Positions 1-14,113 of a stretch of DNA of 64,000 bases are shown in pieces (position 1 is the first letter of the stretch; each line of letters starts with the position of its first letter). The translations under genes were made by a program, and so were the position numbers. The notes below the pieces were generated by a model. That model made no database searches. It had not been told where the DNA came from and worked only from the letters and a program-made list of their open reading frames with translations. The DNA is from Octopus vulgaris (Eukaryota): the NCBI GenBank assembly GCA_951406725.2, contig OX597815.1, positions 41,044,001-41,108,000 of the forward strand, given 5' to 3'.

Positions 1-244
1 AGAGAGTGTGCAGATAGGCATGTGAGGGAGTGAGAGGGAGCTTGCAGTGGGCAGTGACCATGGGTGGTGGGATGGGTGAGTGTTGGGTTGCAGGGAAAGT
101 TTTGGCAGAGGACAGATTGTGTGTGTGTGTGTGTGTGTGTGTGCATGCATGTATGTGTGTGTGTGTGTAAAAAAGAAGAGAGGGGGCATGGCCTGTTTCG
201 ATTTTACTTAGCTTTACACATCTTATCAAGAACAGCAAATTGTC

Positions 245-430
245 AGAAGTCTTGATCTCTGTGATGCTCAACATCCAAAGATTGTTTTTCATTGCTTTGT
301 CCCATGTCTTCCTGGGTCTGCCTCTTCTACAGGTTCCCTTTACAGTTAGAGATCAGTACTTTCTTATGCTGCTTTTCTCATCTGTACATATCACATGACT
401 ATACCAGTGAAGTCTTCTCTCTTGCGCACT
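245..430 (-). mobile_element. Degenerate RTE LINE fragment (ORF C-terminus)
   Basis: Reverse complement encodes GTCRRGRPRKT, homologous to the C-terminus of the RTE ORF at 36356-37723. Confidence 0.7.
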
Positions 431-479
431 ATATACTCTAACCTCTCATTTGGCATGAAGCCACTTCCTGCACTTCCAC

Positions 480-810
480 TCTTTCCCTGTTGAGAGGCCC
501 TCATGTTGCAAGTTACTTGGCGACTCTGTTGGTGTCAGTGTCACATAAAATTTACCCAGTACACTCTGTAAAGTGGTTGGCATTAGGAAGGATATCCTGT
601 TGTCTTGCCATAAAAACCATACCAAAGCAGGCAATGAAACCGGATGCAGCTTCTGGCCTTATCAGCTTCTGTCAAACTGTCAACTATGCTAGCATGGAAG
701 ATGAACATTAAATGATATGATGATGATGATGATGATGATGATGATAACGACAGCGCCGATGCCGACGACAACGATGAGGATGATGATGATGATGATGATG
801 ATTATGATCG
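480..810 (+). mobile_element. Diverged RTE-type 3' end with (GAT)n tail
   Basis: gtggttggcattaggaagg...tgctagcatggaag...(GAT)n, the same terminal module as 38170-38350. Similar diverged copies at ~30040-30305, ~34500-34690 and ~60060-60146. Confidence 0.7.
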
Positions 811-1327
811 GAGTCAACAAAGTAAGAAAACTTAAAATGAGCACTTCAGGTTTTGCTACCATAGAACAGACTATGGTGGATGAATCTACCAATATTGATA
901 ATAAAAACGATTGTAAACTATTCTAAGAATGGTGCTAATGGTTATGTAAGGGCACTAATGGTCAAGGACCATGCACATGTATGGGCAGGTCCGACCAAGA
1001 CCTTTATGAGGAAGGCTAGCTGTTCCTCATGCATATATCTCACCTGTCAATGCTACCAATGTTTACCGAAGGGAGAGACCGCTGACTTGGTTAGAAAAAG
1101 TTTTGTTCCAGTATCTTTGCAGGAGTTTCTGTCAGAAGAATGTGAAGAACTGTAACAGATACTGGAAGACAACTTGTCTGATCCTGCTAATTGACTACTC
1201 ATAGGTTGTTACTTTTTTACAACTCAAAACAAATTTTGCAAGCGCCAATTTTATTCAACGCTCTAATGACACCACCAATTTATTTCCATTGTTTGTGGCT
1301 AAGACTAAAGAGATTCTATTCAGTGAA

Positions 1328-1556
1328 TTAACCATTTAGCATTCAGATTACTCTGCCTAATGTATTGCTTTTTTTATTCACATTGTTTTGAATTAATCAT
1401 TTGTTATCATGTAGCTTTGAGATTTCGATGATGTGATTGATTATGTTTAGAATGACTTTGTAGATTAGGTGTGAGAAGCCAGATACAGCCCGTTTGAGCA
1501 TAAAGTAGGAAGAATATTTGGTGCAAATGTGGTCGGTTTAAATGCTAAAGGGTCAA
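1328..1556. mobile_element. Short MITE with piggyBac-like ends
   Basis: ttaaccatttagcatt ... aatgctaaagggtcaa imperfect terminal inverted repeats with TTAA-like flanks. Confidence 0.45.
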
Positions 1557-3119
1557 ACTACTGTAGCAGGTGTTTATAGTAGACAGTGGAATTTTTGTTA
1601 CACATGAATAAATATAAACCTAATTTTTGTCTTAACATCACTCATTTTTGCTTCATTTTAAAGCCAAAATCTTGAAAGTAAATTTTCGATGCAACAATAG
1701 TGAGTTTAGATTCTTAAAGTTGTGTTTCATTGATTGGCATAAGAAGAGACAAATCAAATTTGTGAATCCATTTTACAAATATTCTTGAATCAGTTACACC
1801 AACTTTCTGGTCCAGTTATATCACATCAATACTACCTGAAGTTACCCAAGTCGTTTTCTCTTTCATCCAATTCAACAGGCTTCTGTACAAAATGGCTGCA
1901 TGAAATATTTCACTTGACATAATCATTATTTCATATTTCAAACTAGTTCTTGCATCACTGAAGTTAAGCTGAACTCTAGCTTTTCATTCTTCTTTATTTT
2001 CTCTTTCCCCATTTTTCTCACACTCCCCCTCTCTATCTCCCCTCCTCTCTCTTTCTAACACACACAAACATATACAGACAATCTTTCTTATATCAAATCA
2101 GCAATTTTCTTTGATTTCTTTTTGTCAATGAGCTTTCCTTTCTCTATGCTTCATCCTTTCCCCCTCCCTCTTTTCATTCATTATCTCCATCTCCTTTACA
2201 CTTGCTCTCATTTTCTTTCTTTCCTTCTCTTTCCTCATCCACTCTCGGTCTTCTCACATTGTCATTCTTTCATTTCTTAGTCTCCTTATCCATTTCTCTT
2301 TCGCTGTTTCTCTTATTTATTCCTCCTTTCCTTCCAACACATTCTCCGCTTTTTCTCTCACCTCACCTTACCTGTCTCTTTCCATTTCATTTCTCTCTTC
2401 ATTCTTTCTCTTTTCTTTAACTTGATCTCTTTTAACACATCTTCATCATTCAACAAAAAGCAAAGACAAAACAAACAAACAAACAAATCTCTATCTATAA
2501 CCTTCATACATTTTCCAGACGTGGGTGAGTGCTTTCTATTCACTATTCTCTGTCTTCTATTGTTTCTTAATTCCATTCATTTTCTCATCTCCTCTTCGCA
2601 TTTTCTCTCAATGTTATCAGGCTTTGCGAAAGAAGAAAGCTAGCTAGCTTTAAACATTGTCATGCAGCTGATACAAAAATCAATTCTCTCTTGCGTTCCT
2701 TGCTCTGGAAGCTTTCCTCTGTCCAGTCATCACAGAATACCAGCATTTCATACTAGCAGTAGTAACATCAGCAAAACTATACGATGCTTACTATTGAGAT
2801 GGTTGCTGTAGCTACAATTAGCCAAAAGAATGTAGCAAAAACCGAAACATACAACAGTCTTCTCACATACTGTAGAACTGTTTGTCAGCTTTGGCTTTTG
2901 AGTGTTTAGGTTAGTGTGCTTACATGAGTATGTCTTTCAGGTGTGTGACTTTGTGTGTGTGTGAGTGTGTGTGTGTGAGTGCCTGCATACACGTGTGTAT
3001 GTGTGTGTGTGAATTTCCATGGTTGTAAATATGTGTAGAGAAATGTGTATGTGAATGTGTCAGTAAGACTATAGGTACATGTAGATGTTATTTTGTTAAA
3101 ATTTCACTGTTCTACAAAA

Positions 3120-3357
3120 TGATCAATTGTAACACTATACACACACACACATACACACACATACACACACTAACACACACGCACACACACATACACACAC
3201 TATCACACATATTTAAACAAACATGTGTGCATATATGCATGTATGTTTGCATGTATGTATACATATATGCATACATATATATACACACATACATAGAAAT
3301 ATATGTATGCATATGTATGATATATATATATATGGTGATATATATATGTAAATATAT

Positions 3358-3409
<52 letters not shown>

Positions 3410-4288
3410 CACATGGATTATACAAATACTTTATATATATATATATATGTGTATGTATATACATATATATATATGTATATATATTATACATATATACATA
3501 TATGCATGTGTACACATATTATATATACTCACATATATATAGCTATACACACACACACATCATATATTCACAATTCTGTCACTGTTGTTATGCAAAACAG
3601 AAATGACAGAAACATTAAAAGGCACAATTATTTCTCATTCCGTCAACAATGTTCTAGAACTACATGACAACCAAATGGCAGATACACACTTTCACCCTCT
3701 CCCACATGATTAGAGAATGAACAATAACAAATATGTTCCTTCACCTCTGCCATCTCCACCACTAACATTATACTAACAACAACAACATGGTACAGTAATA
3801 AGGAATTATGTATCACACAAATGATAAATATACCATATTCCAAAAATCCTCCCACACATGTAGCTTGCCATCCAACATACACACAACATACATACATACA
3901 ACATGCAGACACAAAACATACATGCAAACATGCGTAGATAACACACAATCTAGGAATGTGTACATGTTATATATTTTTGAAATTCTGTGTTTGTCTTTAT
4001 TTGTCATACATTTTAATTAATTGTATGTTTATTTAGGTAAATTGTTGATATTTTGTTTTGATTTACATTATTTTATGAGAAAAAATAAAATAAATTGTGT
4101 TTTGTTTTTATGAATGAATTGTAGTATGCTATGGTATATATTACTCATTAATCAATATAGATCCATGCATGCACATCTATACACATAAACATTCATATGT
4201 ATAAGCAGATATACAATGGAAGTAAGTATATATGTTCATATACGTTTACAAATTTGTATACAATCTATTTATCTGTCTGTCTGCCTGC

Positions 4289-4326
<38 letters not shown>

Positions 4327-4371
4327 ATTTATATATATATCTACCTATCTGTCTGTCTGTCTATCTACCTG

Positions 4372-4460
<89 letters not shown>

Positions 4461-4491
4461 TTATCTATACATACATACATACATACATACA

Positions 4492-4527
<36 letters not shown>

Positions 4528-5326
4528 TATATACACACACACACATACCTACATACATATATACATACTTATAGGAATGTATGTATATTCACATGCAGAC
4601 TTTCGATGAGACACTGAAGGTAGATGTAGACATCTTTTCACAAAAGCTACTCAGTAGAGCCTGGTCCGGTATACACAATGTTTATCACACATTACAGTAG
4701 AAACAATGTACCAGAAACTGCATATCAGACACAACACACCAAACTAAATACAGCAGACACAACACATATACTCTGATATACAAGCACATACACATACACA
4801 CAGACTCTCTCTCTCTCTCTCTCTTTTTCTTTTCCTCTTTCTCTCTCTGTATCATTCTCTGTCTCATACACACAGACACACACAAATTGAGACACATGTA
4901 CAAACACATATATACATACAGAGGCATAGAAACAACAGCGTATAGAGATGTACATAAAAATCCTGTAGGTGCATAGATTGCAGATGAAGAAGATTGATAC
5001 CAATATGCCTACATATTGAACGCTTTATTTCACTTTTTCTTCTCCATGCAGGTACTCACATATGGAGAGAGATTTAGTGTGATCAATATTCAACGAAGAA
5101 CTATTGGATAAATTGTGTGGCAATTCTCTTGTTCATGGGGTAATATATTCTTCTAGTGTGGAAGAATGATGTTGTTGATTATCGAAATCTTATGAATTAT
5201 GTGTTTGGACTATCAGAGCATGTTAACATCCAAGCTTGAGAACTGTGCTGCTAAACCAGTAAGTGTTTACACAAACAGTCTTCTAATTAATTTGTATTAT
5301 TTTTATTATTTGTGCACATAAACACC

Positions 5327-5395
<69 letters not shown>

Positions 5396-5479
5396 TGTAG
5401 GTAAGTGTATAATATCGGGATCTCATTCATTCTTTTGTTGCCTTTTCATTACTATTAATATATATGTATGTATATATAT

Positions 5480-5573
<94 letters not shown>

Positions 5574-6032
5574 GATGGATAGACAGACATTATATATAAT
5601 TGTATATATGTGTGTGTGTGAGTGTGTTTGTGTGTATATGTATATGTGTGTATATATATATATATTCTCTCTATATATATGTATTAAATGTATGTGTATG
5701 TATAGATATATATATACACACATGTATGTATGTATGTATGTATGTGTGTGTGTATGTATGTATGTATGTATGTGTGTGTATGTATGTATGTGTGTGTGTA
5801 TGTATGTATGTATGTATGTATGTATGTATGTGTATGTATGTATGTGTGTGTAGGTATGTTTTTCCCTTTCACTCTCTCCACACACACACATGCACATCTT
5901 CCACATTTATTTTGTATTTTCTCCTCAAACCATTTTTCTGTTTCTTTGTTTTGCTTTAATTTTCCTCCTCTTCCGTCCATTTACGACATCTTTCAATTCT
6001 ATTCTGTTGATATGATGATAATGAGGATGATA

Positions 6033-6095
<63 letters not shown>

Positions 6096-6357
6096 TGATG
6101 ATGATGATGATGATGATGATGATGACGATGATGATGATGAGGACGATGCTGGTAATGATGGTGATGATGATTGTAATGATAGTTCCGTTTATAGTGTTGG
6201 TAGTTTGTTTTATTTTGGTGAAATGGTAGCAAAAAGATAGAACTTGGTGTATAGAAAAGTACAATCCAATGTAATACTATACAATACTGGACTTAAGGTA
6301 TATGATACTACAGGAACTAGGAAATATTCTGTGAGAAATGACATCTTATATATACAT

Positions 6358-6434
<77 letters not shown>

Positions 6435-6461
6435 CATGCATATATATATACATATATATAT

Positions 6462-6514
<53 letters not shown>

Positions 6515-6760
6515 TATAACATATATATACACACACACACACACACATATATACACGTTTTCGTTTCTCATTGTGTTCGACGTTTTTTGGGTGTCCTGTA
6601 CCAATATATGCATGTATATATACATATAGATGTAGCTACGTACATATATGTATGTATATGTGCATATGTTTTATTTATTATTTTGTTATTTTATATATAT
6701 ATATATATAGTCATAGGATTGTGTATGTATGTATCTGTCTGTCTGTCTGTCTTTCTGTCT
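3120..6760. repeat. Dense microsatellite field: (CA)n, (TA)n, (CTAT)n, (CTGT)n, (CATA)n, (GAT)n
   Basis: Directly visible; accounts for most ORF-track entries here. Confidence 0.95.
5199..5258 (+). CDS. Candidate first coding exon of the RhoGEF gene (MCLDYQSMLTSKLENCAAKP); exon probably starts at 5052 with 5' UTR
   Basis: Pyrimidine tract + CAG acceptor ending 5051; ATG at 5199 just after an in-frame TGA; 20 codons to a phase-0 CCA|GTAAGT donor, matching the phase-0 acceptor at 28202. Unique-sequence island among microsatellites. No homology support available. Confidence 0.45.
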
Positions 6761-7291
6761 ATTGATAATCTCTTTTAATGTTTTATGCCTCTTCTAGTTT
6801 CAGCCAGCAGGCTATAACCATCCTGGGGCATTTGTCTATAATATCCAAATTAGATAAATTCAGTTAATGGTAATAACGGTTTGTAACATTGTTACAAGAT
6901 GACAAATATGAAAGTAAGAGGTGTAAGAGTGAATAACCTCCAATACGCATCTGGTATTTATTTTATTGATTGGATTTATGGCATTTAAACTCCAAATTCA
7001 AAGGGATGTAACTAAATATTATAAGATATTTAGTCTGACGCACAACCATTTCTGCTAGTCTATTGACCAGTTATTGTTATCATCATCACTATTATTATTG
7101 TTCTTGTTGTTGTTGTTGTTGCTATTATTATTATCTTTAAATATATTGTGCAATATCTACCTGCCCATCTCATTTTTACGTAACTTTATTTTGTTTATAT
7201 TTTTCTTCACTTCTAATTGTTTGTAAGAATAAGTCCTGGGGACAAATGTTAGAAATGATTAATAGTAATAATAATAATAATAATAATGATG

Positions 7292-7332
<41 letters not shown>

Positions 7333-7439
7333 CCTTTCTACTAAAGGTACAAGGCCTGAAATTTAGGGGAGAAGGCAAGTCGATTACATCGACCCTAGTG
7401 TATCACTGGTACTTAATTTATTGACCCCCCCACCCAACA

Positions 7440-7990
7440 GGCAGTACCTATCGTTGCTTCTGATCTTAACTGATTGGAAGTGTTATAATATTCATGTTTT
7501 GTCTTGGTGTAAAAATGAGCTACAACAAATATTCTGTTCAAGAGCAGATTTACTTGTCAGTTGTTTGACCTTAATCAGTTGGGCATGTCCCTTAGTGCCT
7601 AACAATATGTGCATCTCTCATTATGCACAGGAGTAGTTGGGGAGCATCATAGCCATGTGTTGAGAGGAATTCATTGGGGTTTGAATAATTTACCTCTGGA
7701 AAACATGGGTGTTTCATTTATCATCCTTAAACAGACCTTATTCAAGCACCTTTTGAGTGGGAAGGGCTACTTAAACTGAAGAAAATTTTAACTGGGCTCC
7801 ACCTGCATGATCATGCACTATTTATGTACATATGAGATCCCCATGTCACACACATATAGTTGTGATACATGTGCTTGGTGTACTCTTATTAGACAGGTAG
7901 TCATGATGGCTATATTGGGCTTTGTATATTTGTAACCCAGTGTCACTTTCATGTTATGCATTGCACACTCACTCAGTAATAATAATAATG
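7440..7990 (+). repeat. ~530-bp interspersed repeat ending in (TAA)n, copy 1
   Basis: Aligns end to end with 8280-8810 (ttaactgattggaagtgttat ... cactca(g/a)taataataat). Confidence 0.8.
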
Positions 7991-8279
7991 ATTTCAAATT
8001 TTGGCATAAGGCCAGCAGTTATGGGAGATAGCTGACTACATCGACTTTAGTGCTTAGCTGGTACTTATTTTATCAATCCTGAAAGGATGAAAGGCTAAGT
8101 TGACCTTGGCGGAATTTGAACTCAGATTGTAAAAAGCCAGAAGAAATATTAAGTTTTTTTATCTGATGTGCTAATGGCTGTGAGAGTGCTGGCTTAATAA
8201 TGATAATAATAATAACAACAACAACAACAACAAAACAACAACAACAACAACAATAATAATTATAATAATAATAATGGCT

Positions 8280-8810
8280 CTCATGGCTTAACTGATTGGA
8301 AGTGTTATCACATACATTCTTTGTCTTGGTATAAAAGATGGGCTACAGCAAATATTCTGCTCAATACCACAGATTTGCTTGTCAGTTGTTTGACCTTAAC
8401 CAGTTGACCATGTCCCTTAGTTGCTGACGATACGTGCATCTCTGATCATGAGCAGAAGTAGTAGGGGAGTATCACAGCCGTGTGCTGAAATGAATTCTTA
8501 GAGGTTTGGATAATTCATCTTTGGAAACATGGGTGGTTTGTTCAACATCCTTAAACAATCCTCATTCAGGGACCTTTTGAGCGTGATGGGCTACTCGACC
8601 AGAAGAAAATTCTAACTGGGCCCCTACCTGCAAGGTCATGCACTGTTTATCTTGATATGAGATCACCATGTCGTGCACACATGGCTGTGATGTATGTGCC
8701 TGGTGTACCCTTATCAGATGGGTAGTCATGATGGGTATACTGGGCTTCATATATTTTACCCCAGTGTCACTTTGATGACATGCACTGCTCTCTCACTCAA
8801 TAATATAATG
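8280..8810 (+). repeat. ~530-bp interspersed repeat flanked by (TAA)n, copy 2
   Basis: See 7440-7990. May be the 3' UTR of a TAA-targeting non-LTR element (inference). Confidence 0.8.
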
Positions 8811-9259
8811 ATGATGATGATGATGATGGTGATGGTTTCAAATTTTGGCTTGCATGTTCTTGCACTGAAGAGAAGAGTCAGTAGTTGGTATGCAGTTCTT
8901 GCTATGTTAAAGATGTGCTTTTACCAAGATAAATCCTCAATGATAGTGAGATCCAGCAACTGGAGTGATAGTGAGAGCTTTAGCTGAATGCTACTTATTA
9001 CTAAGTGGAGTATAAGATGATGTTGTTTTCTTGGTATCAGTAACATCTATATATTCTTTCTGATGAAAGGGTTGAAATTGGCATGACCCCATTGGGAGTG
9101 GGGGACTGCTTTTGTAGTCTTTGTTTATAGAGTTAATGTGGGTTTGGCATGTGGGTTTATAGAGTTAATGTGGGTTTGGTTGCACATTTGCTAGTACAGA
9201 AAACGATGTAAAATCATCAATATTTTTATGTGTGTGTGTTTGTGTGTGTATATATACAT

Positions 9260-9622
9260 GGCACTCTGCCGGTTACGATGACGAGTGTTCCAGTTGATCT
9301 GATCAATGGAACAGTCTGTTCCTGAAATTAACATGAAAGTGGCTGAGCACTCCACAGACACATGTACCCTTAACGTAGTTCTCAGGGAGATTCAGCGTGA
9401 TACAGAGTGTGACAAAGCTGGCTCTTTGAAATACAGGTACAACAGAAACAGGAAGAAAGAGTGAGAGAAAGTTGTGGTGAAACAGTACAACAGGGTTCGC
9501 CACCACCCCCTGCTGGAGTTGCATGGAGCTTTAGGTGCTTGTGCTCAGCAAACACTCACAATGCCTGGTTTGGTAATCGAAACTGTGATCCTATGACCAC
9601 AAATTCGCTGCCCTAACCATTG

Positions 9623-9626
<4 letters not shown>
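9260..9626 (-). mobile_element. tRNA-derived SINE, family C
   Basis: Minus-strand head with A/B-box-like motifs (atggttagggc ... gtttcgattacc); homologous to 27598-27875. Confidence 0.75.
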
Positions 9627-9667
<41 letters not shown>

Positions 9668-9681
9668 ATACATATATATAT

Positions 9682-9739
<58 letters not shown>

Positions 9740-9740
<1 letters not shown>

Positions 9741-10265
9741 CACTCACCATATCACATTGCGGAATTTCTGGCTAATACATGTGAATTTATATTGCGGACT
9801 TCTGAGTATATCATGGGTTTCTGCAGCTAATAGGTATTTATATTTTTTTAGATTTTAATTATTTGTGTGGTAAAATAAGCATTTTCATGCCTAAAATTTA
9901 ATAGATTAATAGATATAAATACGGTACAATACTGCACATATTAATTAAAATATATTAAAATAAAATACGTAGTGTACCGTGGATGAGTAAACAAAGAATT
10001 GCGCATACTGTATAGAAAACAAAACTCAGGAGGTGAGTGTGTGGTGTTGTTTTGCATTTGTGTGTAAAATTGTGAATTTATTTCAATCCCCCTGATGTTC
10101 TGCACCTTCTAAGGCTTCTGGCAGTGAGCCTAAGCACCAAAGGAAGATGCTTACTATTGCAGAGAAGGTGAGACTCTTCGACATGCTTAAGGAAGGGAGA
10201 ACATATGCAGATGTAGACTGCCATTACAGCAACAATGAATCTACTGTTCTCTACATCAAGAAAGG
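9740..10265 (+). mobile_element. Tigger/pogo-like DNA transposon 5' fragment
   Basis: + strand encodes SAPSKASGSEPKHQRKMLTIAEKVRLFDMLKEGRTYADVDCHY..NESTV, a CENP-B/psq-type HTH; homologous to 16945-17780. Confidence 0.75.
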
Positions 10266-10695
10266 GCATCCTTGATGGACTGAATGCTTGATGTTAAATG
10301 GTCTGGACAGATGACCATTTACACGATCTACTGAGTGGATGCCGCAGTATAAGGCGGTGATTCAACCATGGAAGATGGGACCGAAATCAGCCACTCTAAG
10401 GACAGCCTCCAAGTAGCGATGGTCAACCCTATCGGAAGCTTTCAATTGATCCAAATTGATCAGCGCCCCCACCCATGCCAAATTCCTTAACTACCCTGTC
10501 TATGATGTAGCGCATCAGATGGAGGTTGTCATGGATACTCCTGCCTGGCACAACACATGTTTGTGCCTTGTCGACCACTTTCTCAATGACAAGCACCAAC
10601 CTCTCGGTGCTAACACCTTGGCCAAAATCTTCAAATCTGTGTTGAGCAGAGTGATGGGCCTGAAGTTATCTATGATGTTCCCTTTGTATGTTTGT
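10265..10695 (-). mobile_element. Tx1/L1-clade LINE RT fragment
   Basis: NFRPITLLNTDLKILAKVLA motif in ORF 10515-10715(-), disrupted. Confidence 0.75.
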
Positions 10696-11334
10696 TTGGA
10701 TTGGATGGATGTCATTATTTGTATGTTTAATTCTAAAATCCTTTGTATTTAGGGTTATCTCTTTCTCATATTCCAATGCTCTTTCTTTGTTTCATTTCTA
10801 TCTCTGTATATCTGTCTCTTCATAAACATGCACTGTATTTCATTCACTCAATACATTTGTGAGTTGGCATAGATGTTCAGTTAACATCACCACCAAATAC
10901 AATGCTTCAACTTATCAAGACAGTTTGGCATACTCCAACTGCCCATACAGAGTTATGGAGATGGCCATTTCTCCCAAACTTGCAAGATATTTCCTGCCCT
11001 ATTTCTAATCCCATAACAGAGATAACCTCTAAAGCAAAATTAGATTACCGCTATCTCCAAATCAGTTGCAGAGTTTTACACCTTCATTACAGTGATTAAA
11101 CATATGAGTAAGCTATGGACTCTGTACACCTTATCATAGGCCAATATCCAGCAGGTTAGTTACTGAGAAGAAGAACAGATTCATGACAGAGGGGACTCTT
11201 CAGTCTGTGTTGCAATAGACAACCTCATTGTCCAATTCATGCTTGCAGGGAAGAGTGAGCATAAAAATGATGATGATGATGATGATAGTGATGATATGCA
11301 TGCACAGACACACATATAGACATGTAATTAGTCC

Positions 11335-11500
11335 AAGAATTCTTTGATACTGCTTCGTATGAAGCTTACTTTGCAACCATGTCATTCCAAATTCAGTCTC
11401 AATGCATGGCACCTTGGGCAGGTGTCTTCTACTATAGTCTCAGGCCAACCAATGGTTTGTGAATGAACTTGGTAGATGGAAACTGTGTGGAAGCCCATTC

Positions 11501-11539
<39 letters not shown>

Positions 11540-11785
11540 TTATGTATGTATGTATGTATGTATGTATGTATGTCTTTGTGTGTTTTTTTGGTGTGTTTGT
11601 CTTTGTATTTCTCTCTAACCATCACTTGATAATTAGTGTTGGTTTATTTACATCCTCTGTAACTTATTAGTTTGGTGCAAGAGATTGACTGAATAAGTAC
11701 AAGGCTTAGAAATGAGCACTGAGGTTGATTTGTTCAACTAAACCCTTCATGGCTGTAGTTTAATGACGGAAACAAATAAAAGACA
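11335..11785 (+). mobile_element. tRNA-derived SINE, family A (diverged)
   Basis: Homologous to 46301-46722, with an internal (TA)n/(TATG)n tract. Confidence 0.75.
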
Positions 11786-11792
11786 AATGATA

Positions 11793-12013
11793 TATGGGGA
11801 GATACTGAAAAGTTCCTGGCTTTAAGGGTTTCATGAAAAGCCTGGTTGGAGGCCCTACTTTATGAATTCTTTTACAGGGGTTAGAAAAACTGAAGGACTG
11901 CTGCAATAAGTATGTGAATCTGAGAGGGGAAGATGTTGAATAAAATCATAATTAACTGATCATCCTGTATTTTCTTTTACCCAAAGCCAAGAACTTTTCA
12001 TCACCCACTCATA
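11793..12013. mobile_element. Mariner-type MITE (~220 bp)
   Basis: TIRs ctgaaaagttcctggcttt / aaagccaagaacttttca; second copy at 34038-34253, partial copy at ~40225-40292. Confidence 0.75.
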
Positions 12014-12614
12014 CTGGAGTTCCTTCAGATAATTTCACACCTGTTGCTATTCCTCAAATGTTTAGGCAAAATTTACCCAAGACTAGTTCTTAACAAATGT
12101 AATTTTGATTCCTTGTTTCATCAGAAATATCACTGAGAAGGAAAAGTATGAATGTTCCAACTTCCTCTTTATACTCATGTGGAACATTTTAAGCTATGTT
12201 GGAAGCAATATTTACAAGTTAACCTCTGTGTTTGTCACTTATCTATCAACATACTTTCTGCTTCACAGTAGGGCAGTGGGTGAGTGAGGAGGATATGTTT
12301 TAAAGCCTAACCTCTTTGATGAGGATACCTGATAATACAGGCTGGAAATTGTATATCTTAGTGCTGACTGCATGGTAAATTTGATCAACTAACTCTGTCA
12401 TTTGACTACTCAAGCAGAATTGATCAGGAGAGTGTTTATGGAAGAGTGGAAGAAGAATGCGAAGGAGGAAGAGAAGGTGGTTGATGGCAATGGATTTGGT
12501 GATAGTGGTGATGATGGGGTGAATGAGGAGAAAAGGAGAAGAGAAGAAGAATGGGAAGAACGAAAGAATGAAGTGAGATGAAGAACTTGAACAGAAAGAG
12601 GAGAATGAAATAAG

Positions 12615-12723
12615 AGAAGAAGAAGAAGAAGAAGAAGAAGAAGAAGAAGAAGAAGAAGAAGGAGGAGAAGGAGAAGAAGAAGGGGGAGGAGGAGTAAAGA
12701 AGAAGAAGAAGAAGAAGAAGAAG

Positions 12724-12799
<76 letters not shown>

Positions 12800-12812
12800 T
12801 TAACAGCAACAA
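12615..12812. repeat. Compound trinucleotide tract (GAA)n-(GGA)n-(GAA)n-(CAA)n
   Basis: Directly visible. Confidence 0.95.
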
Positions 12813-13484
12813 TCAACACAGAAATTCTTCATCCTTACTCTTTTTTTTATAAAATTTATTCAATAACTCATCAACTCCCTTTCAGATGTCATATGATGTC
12901 TTGAACTTGCAATATACATAGACACAGTGAGGGATAAGAGGGATGACAGAAGTGTGTGCGTGTGTGTGTGTAAGCAGGCATATATTTGGGCCCGAAAAAA
13001 TTTATAAAAAAAAGAAAACAAGGCACTAAAAGAGAATGACTTGCCCCAGACACAATAAAACAAATGACTTATGAATTACGATTTTCGGAAGAACTGGTTA
13101 ATTCGTTCTCTTGACACTGTTTACAAACATTGCTTGAAAGTTACACAAATGCATATGCATATGCATACACAAACACATACATACATACATGCATACATAC
13201 ATACATACATACATACATACATACATACATACATACATACATACACACACTTCATTTTAATGGCACTGAAGAAGTTATATAGGAGTTGCACAGACAATCA
13301 GCTCTGAGAGCACTACTCATCATAGCAGAAACAGCTGTAAGCTATTGAAGTTGATGACAAGGGATTCCAGCTCAAGGGATTCCATCCATCCATCCGTCCG
13401 TCCGTCCGTCCGTCCATCCGTCCGTCCGTCCGTCCGTCCGTCCGTCCATCCGTCTGTCCGTCTGTCTGTCTGTCTATCTATCTA

Positions 13485-13525
<41 letters not shown>

Positions 13526-14057
13526 TTTTGTAAAATTATATTCAACATGTTCAGGGCACTCAGATATGAGAAGCCTTTCTGCTGTAAAGTTGATCCTGTG
13601 GGAAAACTGCCTTCTTAGACATGTATTGTTTCACATTGTCAGTTAAGAAAATCAAATTTGTCTTACACGGCCTAGTCAGAATGAAATTGCTTTTATTAAA
13701 ACAGTACATGGAGTGTATGCTATTGCTTGTAAAGCATGGACAAACTGGAATTAAATTGATAATGTTGCATTGAAGCAGTGCGGACAACATTTGCTGCACA
13801 TCTTAATATTGTAGGTGCATGGATTAACACAGATTTTGAGAGATTCATGATGTGAAATCATGTTAACTCTATCAGAAGACTCTCAAAATCCATGTTAATC
13901 CACACACCTAGAATATTGTCATGCCTGCTTCTGACTATCTGTCTGTTTTACTTATGCAGAAAGAATATGTGTATATATATTACCAGGTGGTGCTATTAAG
14001 TTAGACATGGCCTGGGCCAATAATGGCCGAAACCTATCAAAGTATCAAAGTATCAAA

Positions 14058-14113
<56 letters not shown>

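Noticed and set aside
3112-6778. Many 60-180 aa ORFs rich in YI/HT/CV/MYVC, and poly-M/I/S/L ORFs elsewhere
   Set aside because: They are translations of di-, tri- and tetranucleotide microsatellites.
14008-14042. ggccaataatggcc-gaaac, resembling hammerhead stem II + GAAA
   Set aside because: The CUGANGA box is missing (only cctg) and no stem I was found; at best a deleted remnant.
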